Source of the DNA: Alphaproteobacteria bacterium
Lineage (GTDB): Bacteria > Pseudomonadota > Alphaproteobacteria > JAJUGE01
Length of the DNA stretch: 64,000 bases
Direction of reading: 5' to 3'
Assembly: GCA_029268305.1 (NCBI GenBank)
Contig: JAJUGE010000005.1
Span: forward strand, 28,969 to 92,968
Part shown: positions 55,016 through 62,179 of the stretch, piece by piece
Position numbering within the stretch: the first letter of the stretch is position 1
Layout: the number at the start of each line of letters is the position of its first letter
Translations under genes and position numbers: made by a program
Notes under the pieces: model-generated
Seen by the model: only the letters and a program-made list of their open reading frames with translations
What the model was told of the DNA's origin: nothing
Database searches by the model: none

Positions 55016-55226
55016 TTCTCTTCCTTGTTAACCTGGCCTCAGCACCTCTGTGCACCTTCTAGCACGAAGTGGGCGTGGGCACAGCCAGGCCCCGATTTGC
55101 TTAAGCTCTCGACGGCGGAAGGTGTAGACAGCTACATTTCGCCGCAAAATTGTGGCTTACGCGCGGTCCGGGTTCGGCTTCAAGTGGCCGGATGGGTTGA
55201 GATGCCGTACGGGGACGGGGGATTAC

Positions 55227-57340
55227 ATGGCGATTGAGGTGACCGGCGATGTCGTCGGTGTTCCAGGCACCGACGAGACCCTGATCGTTGGCCAGACGGG
55301 GAGCGGCAATCTCACCGTCTCGGCGGGCGACGGAGTCGTGACGGAGATCGGCGCGATCGTCGGGCAGGATGCAGAAGCGATCGGAACGGTTCGCGTCAGC
55401 GGCGCCGGCTCGTCCTGGACGGTCGGTGGCGGCACCGGTGGAGGCGACGGACTTGCCGTTGGTCTCAGCGGCACCGGCACGCTGACCATCGAAAACCAGG
55501 CGCTGGTCAGGGTTCTCGACAATACCCCTGAGGCTCCGGGCGATTTTCAGGACGCCATTGCCCTGATCGGACGGGCCGGCAACGGTACGGTGCAGGTCCG
55601 TACGGGCGCCACGTTCCTCGTCGAGGACCGCAGCGCCGATAGCGGGATCGACGGCCTCACGATCGGTGGCGATGCCGCGGCCGCCGGCGGGAGCGGATCG
55701 CTCTCCGTAGAGGATGCCAATTCTCTCGTCCGTGTAGCCGGGAACGCCATTTTCGTCAGCGTCGGCACGAATGGTGGCAACGGCTCCCTTACGGTGAGCA
55801 ACGATGCCCTTATGGAGTTGGAGGCCTCCGGCGGGGACGTCGATCTCCGCATCGGCCAGACCGGCGGCACGGGGCAGGCAACCGTCTCCGGCGGCACGCT
55901 GTCGCTGACCAGCACCGCTGCCAATGGGTTAGTCGAGATCGATATCGGCCGTGGCGGCGAAGGGAGCCTACGGGTCGATAACGGCGGCTCCGTCATCCTC
56001 GACGGATCGGACGCCATTCAGTCGGCTCTCATTCTGTCGGGCGCAACCGGCGGCAGCGCCAATCTCAGCATCTCGGGCGCCGGCTCTTCCGTGCTGGTAC
56101 AAGCGGGCTCGGGCGCCGGGGCGATCATTGTCGGCAGAAGCGCCCCCGCTACCGTTTCGATCACCGAAGGCGGGACGCTCGAGCTCGATATCGGTTCGAG
56201 CACCGGACAGGCTCGCTTCATCTCGATCGGCACGAACGACGCTTCGGCTCCGCAAGGCACCGGGACCGTCACCGTGAACGGGTCAGGCTCACAACTCCTC
56301 GTCGACGGCGCCGGCGGCATCATCGTCGGCAATGCCGGCGCCGGCACGCTCAACGTCGAGAACGGCGGCAATGCGACGGCGCAGGATCTCGCGATCGGCC
56401 ACCGCGCCCAGGGAAGCGTGAACGTGACCTCCGGGGGCTCGGTCCAACTCGAAGGAGTGGGCGACGGCAGGGGGCCCTCGCTCTCGGTTGGGCGCTTCGA
56501 CGATGGCGCGATGAACATCGTGAACGGCACGGTGACACTGGACGGCACCGGAGATCCCGGCGGCGACGGACTTCCGGGTGCGATCAGCCTCGGTGGGAGC
56601 GCCGATGGGGAAGGGGTCCTGAACATAGAGGGTGCGAACGCCCGATTCACGGTCCAGGGCGATGGCGTCCGTACGTCGATCGGTCAGGAGGGGATCGGCA
56701 GGCTCAACATCTCCGACGGCGCTCAGGTCGTGAACGAGGGCCAGGGCATCTCGGTAATGGGCGAAGCTGCCGGCTCGAGCGGCTTCGCCACGGTGAACGG
56801 GGCGAACTCTCTATGGGATGCCGGCGCCGTCCTGGTGGTGGGCGGAGGTTACAACGCCTCGACCGAGACACCGATCGCCAATCGTGGGGAAGGTACGGTC
56901 ACCCTGCAGGCGGGTGGCAGCGTCCGGGCCGGTGACATCTATCTGCTGAGTGCGACCGTCAACGGAAACGGCTCTCTGGTCGGCGACGTCTCCCTCGCGG
57001 GCGGGACGATCAACCCAGGGCTGTCGGCGGGCCGGATAACCGTCGATGGTGATCTGGCGCTCGAGACGGGCACGGTCAACGTCGAGGTTGGCGGGACCGG
57101 CGAGACCGCATTCGACCAGCTCGTCGTAAATGGTGACGCCGCCCTCGGCGGAACGCTCAACGTGACGCTGATCGACGGATTCATCCCGGCCGTCGGCGAC
57201 ACTTTCGACATCATCGTCGCCGACTCGATCGCCGATGCATTCGATACGCTCAACCTGACCGAGATCGACACAGATCGCTCGTTCCGGGTGGAGGTCGTAA
57301 ACCTCGACAACGGGGACGAGGCACTGCGGCTCACGGTTGT
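55227..57340 (+). repeat. Internal module 1 of the giant protein (ends ...GGTLNVTLIDGFIPAVGDTFDIIVAD...GDEALRLTV)
   Basis: It is collinear at the protein level with module 2, from VTGDVVGVPGTDETLIVGQTGSGNLTVS... to ...NGDEALRLTV. Confidence 0.7.
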
Positions 57341-60224
57341 GAGCGGGCAAGGAGGTGGAGACGGCGACGGGGATGCGACCGGCGACGTGATCGGCACGCC
57401 CGGTGTTTCTCCGCTCCTGATCATCGGAGACACGGCTTCTGGAGCGCTAAGCCTCTCCGGCGGTGACGCCATCGTCAGCGGGGAAGGGGCAATTCTCGGT
57501 CGCCAGAGCGGTGGCCTCGGCTCCTCGATGGTGCAGGACTTCGGGTCGCGCTGGACGATCGGTGGGGGCGACGGGAATGCGCGAGGGCTGACGGTCGGTG
57601 ACGCCGGCTCCGGCCGCCTCAGCATCCGCGGCGGTGCGGAGGTGCGCGTGCTGGATACTGCCGCCGCGGGGAGTGCCGGCGATGCCCAGGTTTTCGTCGG
57701 GCGGACTGGCACCGGCCAGGTGGAGATCGCCGACGGCGGACGGTTGCTGATCCAGGACGACAGCGGCGACGGTAACGCCGACGGCCTCTGGATCGGCGGC
57801 GATGCCGACAGCGAGGGCGGCACCGGGCGGGTGACGGTAAGCGGATTCGGCTCCTCTGTCTCCATTTCGGGCAATGGTGCCTTCCTCAATGTCGGCTCCA
57901 ACAGCGGGCGCGGAGAGCTCGCACTCTCGAACGGAGCCACGCTGCAGCTGGACGGTAACGACGGTGCCGCAACCCTGACCGCGGGTCAGGGCGGAGGGGT
58001 CGGTCAGATCCGCATATCCGATGCGACGCTGACCCTGAATGCAGATGCTGGGCAGACATCGAGCTCTTACATCCATCTCGGTGAGAGCGGGGGCGGAAAC
58101 GCGTCCCTGACGATCACCGACGGGGGCAACGTCACCCTCGAGGGCCGCGACGGCGCGAACCCGAACGTGACGCTGGGTGTCGCGAACGGGACGCGTGGCC
58201 AGATCACTGTCGACGGATTCGGCTCGCAGATGAACGTGCTCGGCGCCGGCTCGGAGATCGTGGTCGGCGATGCCGGCGATGGTACGCTGAACGCGATGAA
58301 CTCCGGCATCGTCCGGGGACTCGACCTCACGATCGGGCAGCGTGCGTCTGGTGTCGGCACCGTCAACGTGACCGATGGCGGATCAATCGACCTGAATGGC
58401 GTCACGGGCGACGGCGACGGGCCAAGGGTTGTCGTGGGGCAAGCCGGCGAAGGTACCATCAACGTCGAAGCCGGAAGCGTCAGGATCTTCGGGCAGGAGA
58501 GTAGTGGCTCACTGGTCCTCGGAGAGGCGTTCGGCAGCGAGGGTGTCGTCAATCTGACGAACGGCGCCGCACGGCTGACGGTCGGCGGCGACGAAGGCGG
58601 GATCACCATCATCGGTGAAGCCGGCACCGGGCGGCTGAATATCCTGAACAGTGGGCAGCTCACTTCTCCGAACGGCGGGATCTCGGTTGTTGCGAAGGAG
58701 AGCACGTCCGAGGGCTACGTTACCGTCGATGGCGGCGGATCGCGCTGGGATGCCGGAACCAGCCTGTATGTCGGGCTGGACGTGAATACCGCGAACGGGA
58801 ACGTGCTGGGCGAGGGCGGCGAGGCTGTTATCTCCGTCATCAATGGCGGCACGATCGAAGCGGACTCGATCTACATCGGCAACGGGCTGGTCACGGGCGT
58901 CGGCAACCTCAACGGTGACGTCGTCAACCAGGGAGGTGTCATCGCGCCGGGAGCCAATCTCGGCCTGCTGACCGTGGGAGGTGATCTGACCCTGGAGACG
59001 GGGCAGGTCGACCTGGAGTTGAGCGGTCTCGAAGCCCGGAACTTCGACCGGATCACCGTGGATGGCGACGTCAGCCTCGGCGGCACCCTGAATGTCACCT
59101 TGATCAACGGCTACATCCCGGCGCTCGGCGACAGCTTCGACGTTATCGTCGGCGACGACATCAGCGGTCGGTTCAGCACCGTCAACCTGCCGACGATGCC
59201 GTTCCCGAACCAATATTTCCGCTGGGACATCATCAGCTATTCCAACGGAGACGAGGCGCTGCGGCTGTCGGTCACCGACAAGCCGCCCGGGCCGGGTGGA
59301 GGCGGCGACACGCCTCCGCCGGATGATGATGACGGGGATCGCCCGCCCGCCACACCGGGCACGGACCGTTTCCCCGGCACAGCCGGCGACGACGTGGTGC
59401 TGGGCAGCGGCGGCGACGACTTCTATGACGGAGGGGGAGGGCGAAACACGCTCGACTACTCCAACGCGCCGGGTCCGATCAACGCGGACCTCCGCTTCGA
59501 CATGAAAGTCGAGGACGGATTCGGCGGTACCGACACCGTCCGCAATTTCCACACCGTTATCGGCAGCGACGGCGACGACATCATCATGGGCGGTCCGGAG
59601 GACAATCATCTGATCGGCGGCGCCGGGAAGGATTTCCTCACCGGCTCAGGCGGCAACGATACGATCGACGGCGGTGCCGGCAACGACACCGCCTCCTACG
59701 CCGGCTACGAGGCTGTTCGGGTCGATCTGGAGGTGGAAGGCCCGATCGACACGATCGGTGCTGGCATCGACACGCTCATCAGCATCGAAAACCTGATCGG
59801 AAGCGAGCTCAACGACAATCTCGCCGGAGACATACGGGACAACTCGCTGCTCGGGCAGGGCGGCGACGACACGATCTTCGGCCGGGACGGCGACGATTAT
59901 CTCTACGGCGGCGACGGCAACGACTCGCTCGACGGCGGCCTTCAGGACGACTTTCTGTTCGGAGGCGCCGGCAACGACACCATGACCGGTGGGGAAGGGA
60001 TCGACACCTTCGTCTTCGGCCCCGGTGCCGGCGGGGGCGACGATGTCGTCACCGATTTCGAGCTCGCCATCGATCTGCTCGATTTCGGTGGGACCGGACT
60101 CGACTTCGCCGACCTCGCCATCACGCAGATCGGGGCCGACACGGAAATCGCCTATACCGCCGGGACGGTAACGCTGACGGGAGTCAACGCTGCACTCCTC
60201 GGCGCAGACGACTTCCTGTTCTGA
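55227..60224 (+). CDS. Giant secreted repeat protein (1665 aa): two tandem ~650-700-aa modules of T5SS/PEP-CTERM-associated-repeat-like units, a Pro/Gly/Asp linker, RTX GGxGxD repeats and a T1SS-type C-terminus
   Basis: ATG at 55227 lies within track ORF 55152..60224. There is no N-terminal signal peptide. Units such as GTGTLTIENQALVRV, GIGRLNISDGAQVVN and GTGRLNILNSGQLTS alternate with ...GAGSSWTVGGG, ...GANSLWDAGAV and ...GGGSRWDAGTS. The C-terminal nonapeptides include GGAGKDFLTGSGGNDTIDGGAGNDT and GRDGDDYLYGGDGNDSLDGG. The protein ends ...LLGADDFLF. Confidence 0.85.
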   Translation: MAIEVTGDVVGVPGTDETLIVGQTGSGNLTVSAGDGVVTEIGAIVGQDAEAIGTVRVSGAGSSWTVGGGTGGGDGLAVGLSGTGTLTIENQALVRVLDNTPEAPGDFQDAIALIGRAGNGTVQVRTGATFLVEDRSADSGIDGLTIGGDAAAAGGSGSLSVEDANSLVRVAGNAIFVSVGTNGGNGSLTVSNDALMELEASGGDVDLRIGQTGGTGQATVSGGTLSLTSTAANGLVEIDIGRGGEGSLRVDNGGSVILDGSDAIQSALILSGATGGSANLSISGAGSSVLVQAGSGAGAIIVGRSAPATVSITEGGTLELDIGSSTGQARFISIGTNDASAPQGTGTVTVNGSGSQLLVDGAGGIIVGNAGAGTLNVENGGNATAQDLAIGHRAQGSVNVTSGGSVQLEGVGDGRGPSLSVGRFDDGAMNIVNGTVTLDGTGDPGGDGLPGAISLGGSADGEGVLNIEGANARFTVQGDGVRTSIGQEGIGRLNISDGAQVVNEGQGISVMGEAAGSSGFATVNGANSLWDAGAVLVVGGGYNASTETPIANRGEGTVTLQAGGSVRAGDIYLLSATVNGNGSLVGDVSLAGGTINPGLSAGRITVDGDLALETGTVNVEVGGTGETAFDQLVVNGDAALGGTLNVTLIDGFIPAVGDTFDIIVADSIADAFDTLNLTEIDTDRSFRVEVVNLDNGDEALRLTVVSGQGGGDGDGDATGDVIGTPGVSPLLIIGDTASGALSLSGGDAIVSGEGAILGRQSGGLGSSMVQDFGSRWTIGGGDGNARGLTVGDAGSGRLSIRGGAEVRVLDTAAAGSAGDAQVFVGRTGTGQVEIADGGRLLIQDDSGDGNADGLWIGGDADSEGGTGRVTVSGFGSSVSISGNGAFLNVGSNSGRGELALSNGATLQLDGNDGAATLTAGQGGGVGQIRISDATLTLNADAGQTSSSYIHLGESGGGNASLTITDGGNVTLEGRDGANPNVTLGVANGTRGQITVDGFGSQMNVLGAGSEIVVGDAGDGTLNAMNSGIVRGLDLTIGQRASGVGTVNVTDGGSIDLNGVTGDGDGPRVVVGQAGEGTINVEAGSVRIFGQESSGSLVLGEAFGSEGVVNLTNGAARLTVGGDEGGITIIGEAGTGRLNILNSGQLTSPNGGISVVAKESTSEGYVTVDGGGSRWDAGTSLYVGLDVNTANGNVLGEGGEAVISVINGGTIEADSIYIGNGLVTGVGNLNGDVVNQGGVIAPGANLGLLTVGGDLTLETGQVDLELSGLEARNFDRITVDGDVSLGGTLNVTLINGYIPALGDSFDVIVGDDISGRFSTVNLPTMPFPNQYFRWDIISYSNGDEALRLSVTDKPPGPGGGGDTPPPDDDDGDRPPATPGTDRFPGTAGDDVVLGSGGDDFYDGGGGRNTLDYSNAPGPINADLRFDMKVEDGFGGTDTVRNFHTVIGSDGDDIIMGGPEDNHLIGGAGKDFLTGSGGNDTIDGGAGNDTASYAGYEAVRVDLEVEGPIDTIGAGIDTLISIENLIGSELNDNLAGDIRDNSLLGQGGDDTIFGRDGDDYLYGGDGNDSLDGGLQDDFLFGGAGNDTMTGGEGIDTFVFGPGAGGGDDVVTDFELAIDLLDFGGTGLDFADLAITQIGADTEIAYTAGTVTLTGVNAALLGADDFLF
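57341..59279 (+). repeat. Internal module 2 of the giant protein (ends ...GGTLNVTLINGYIPALGDSFDVIVGD...GDEALRLSV)
   Basis: It starts ATGDVIGTPGVSPLLIIGDTASGALSLS... and matches module 1 in order and landmark motifs. Visible nucleotide identity is confined to short patches, for example 57147..57220 against 59078..59150. Confidence 0.7.
59376..60015 (+). repeat. RTX-type calcium-binding nonapeptide repeat region (GGxGxDxUx)
   Basis: Several GGxGxD units can be read directly: GTAGDDVVLGSGGDDFYDGGGG, GGAGKDFLTGSGGNDTIDGGAGND, GQGGDDTIFGRDGDDYLYGGDGNDSLDGG and GGAGNDTMTGGEGID. Confidence 0.85.
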
Positions 60225-60227
60225 GGT

Positions 60228-61148
60228 CTAGTCGGCGGCGTCCGCTTGCCGGGCGTGGCCGACCTCTACGCCGGCCCAACCCTCCACAGTCTTGACGAGG
60301 GAGGTGGAGCTTTCCGCTCCGCGTCCTTCCGTCAGGGCCTGCGCGAGGAGCTGGCGCACGGCATTGCCGACCCACATCGGCACGCCGAGCGCTTCCGCCT
60401 CTTCCATGCACAACTTCACGTCCTTGTGCAGGAGCTTGAGCGTAAAGCCGCCGTGGAAGGTCCGCTCCAGAACGAAGGTCGGAAACTTGTCCTCGGTCGC
60501 TGTGTTGCGGCCGCTGCTGGCGTTGATGACGTTCAGCATGGTCGCGGGGTCGATCCCCGCCTTGACGCCCATGACCATGGCTTCTGCTGTCGCCGCGTTG
60601 TTCGAGGCCGACAGATAGTTGTTGGCAAGCTTCATCGTCTGCCCCAGCCCCGGCTGTTCGCCGATGAAGAACGGGTTCTTGCCGATGACGCGGAGCACCG
60701 GGAGCAGGTGGTCGTAGAGATCGCGAGCGCCCGATGCCATCAGAGCAAGGGTGCCCTTATCGGCGCCCCGGCTGCCGCCGCTCACGGGACAGTCGAGGGT
60801 GGCGATGCCTTTTGCGGCCAGGGCGGCTGCAACGCGTTTCGCGACGACGGCGCCGGTCGTCGACAGGTCGACGTAGGTTTTCACCTTCGTGCCTTCGACG
60901 ATCCCGCGCGGGCCGGTCGCTACCGCTTCCACCACGTCCGGCGTCGGAAGGCTGACCAGTACGATCTCTGCCTGCGAGGCCACTTCTGCAGGGCTTTCCG
61001 CCGCCGTTGCGCCCTTGGCGACCAGAGGCTGCATGGCCTCGGTGCGGATATCGAAAATCGTCAGAGGGTGGCCGGCCTCGAGCAGGCGCCGCGCCATGTG
61101 CCGACCCATATCGCCGACGCCGATGAAGCCGAGCCGTTCCTTGTCCAT
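60228..61148 (-). CDS. NAD(P)-dependent oxidoreductase, 3-hydroxyisobutyrate/6-phosphogluconate dehydrogenase-like family
   Basis: The 306-aa product has the N-terminal RLGFIGVGDMGRHMARRL (GxGxxG) and resembles the HIBADH family. Its stop is 3 nt from the stop of the convergent giant gene. Confidence 0.88.
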   Translation of the reverse strand: MDKERLGFIGVGDMGRHMARRLLEAGHPLTIFDIRTEAMQPLVAKGATAAESPAEVASQAEIVLVSLPTPDVVEAVATGPRGIVEGTKVKTYVDLSTTGAVVAKRVAAALAAKGIATLDCPVSGGSRGADKGTLALMASGARDLYDHLLPVLRVIGKNPFFIGEQPGLGQTMKLANNYLSASNNAATAEAMVMGVKAGIDPATMLNVINASSGRNTATEDKFPTFVLERTFHGGFTLKLLHKDVKLCMEEAEALGVPMWVGNAVRQLLAQALTEGRGAESSTSLVKTVEGWAGVEVGHARQADAAD

Positions 61149-61183
61149 CTTGAGCTCCCTTCTCGTTCAGGGGCGTGATCGTT

Positions 61184-62179
61184 CTAGCGGCAGCTGCAGC
61201 TACCGATCCGAAAAAGGCGCTGGGCGGTGTCACCGAGGATCGCCGATTCCACCGGTTGTGAAAACTCGCACTCGTGGACGACCCGGAGCGGCTTTGGATC
61301 GCCGATGGGGAATGGATAGTCGGAGCCGAGCATCACCCGGTCCGGGCTGGCGGTTTCGCAAAGAAAGCGGAGCGCCGCCGGTTCGAACAGGACGCTGTCG
61401 AACCAGAGACGGGCGTAGCCCTCGCGGGGATCGGCGTACTGGTCGGGGTGCGCCTGGACGTTTCGGACGAGCCGGCCGAGCATGAAGGGCAGGGCGCCGC
61501 CGCCGTGCGAGAGAACCACTTCGGCACCGGCAAAGCGCGTGAAATGACCCGAGAACAGAAGCCTGGCGACCGCGGTAGTGGTGTCGAGGCCGCGGCCGAC
61601 CGCGTTGATCATATCGTAGTCGAGAAGGCGCGGATCGCCGCAGCCGAACATCGGATGGATGTAGATGGCTGCCTTGAGTCGGGAGGCCGCCTCCCAGAAC
61701 GGGTCGAGGTCCGTGTCGTCGAGATTGCCCGAGCTGCCCTTGGGCTGCGTGCCGATCATGGCGCCGACGAAGCCGGCTTCGATCGTCTCCTCCAGCACTT
61801 TCGCCGCGAGCCTGCCGTCCTGAAGGGGCACGGTCGCCAGCGGCGTGAGTTCCGGTCTCCGGCTCGTCGCCTGCAGCATCTCCTCGTTGAGGAACCGGCT
61901 CCAGGCGAGACCCTCCTCGGCCGGAAGCTCGTAGCCGAAGCTGTCGAGCCAACCGCCGACGACCTGATGGTCGATCTCCTGCTCGGTCATCCAGGCGAGG
62001 CGCTGCTCGGCGTCGCGGAGCTTCGGCGAGACCGGTCGGGTCGGCTGCCCACCGGCGAAAGCGAGGCGGTACTGGTCGTCCTTCCGCAAGAGCTCGACCG
62101 AGGGGAACTCGTGCGCCCGCCTCGAGATCCGGTCCAGCATTGCTTGCGGCGCGTAATGGGCATGGATGTCGACGATCAT
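61184..62179 (-). CDS. Amidohydrolase_2 family protein (ACMSD-like decarboxylase/hydrolase)
   Basis: ATG at 62179 overlaps the upstream stop as ATGA. The 331-aa product starts MIVDIHAHYAPQAML (HxH metal motif) and has ...VLSHGGGALP... and ...MLGSDYPFP. Confidence 0.85.
   Translation of the reverse strand: MIVDIHAHYAPQAMLDRISRRAHEFPSVELLRKDDQYRLAFAGGQPTRPVSPKLRDAEQRLAWMTEQEIDHQVVGGWLDSFGYELPAEEGLAWSRFLNEEMLQATSRRPELTPLATVPLQDGRLAAKVLEETIEAGFVGAMIGTQPKGSSGNLDDTDLDPFWEAASRLKAAIYIHPMFGCGDPRLLDYDMINAVGRGLDTTTAVARLLFSGHFTRFAGAEVVLSHGGGALPFMLGRLVRNVQAHPDQYADPREGYARLWFDSVLFEPAALRFLCETASPDRVMLGSDYPFPIGDPKPLRVVHECEFSQPVESAILGDTAQRLFRIGSCSCR

Noticed and set aside
51279-55055. The 1258-aa minus-strand ORF, the longest minus-strand ORF in the track
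   Set aside because: It is a composite. Only 51279..54206 (from MPDGARQ...) is a coherent FAD/Fe-S oxidoreductase. The upstream 283 codons are Arg/Pro/Gly-rich, low-complexity sequence. They lie off-frame over the well-supported enoyl-CoA hydratase gene (54221..55015).
55032-55090. Imperfect inverted repeat (CCTGGC...CTGTGC / GCACAGCCAGG) upstream of the giant gene as an invertible or phase-variable promoter
   Set aside because: The arms are short and interrupted by a 10-nt bulge, and no site-specific recombinase is nearby. At most it is an operator in the divergent promoter region, and I cannot support it further.
55227-60224. CRISPR-like array, DGR template/variable repeat pair or other non-coding repeats
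   Set aside because: The only repetitive DNA I could see is the in-frame protein repeat structure of the giant gene. There are no regularly spaced short direct repeats, no reverse transcriptase and no cas genes in the window.
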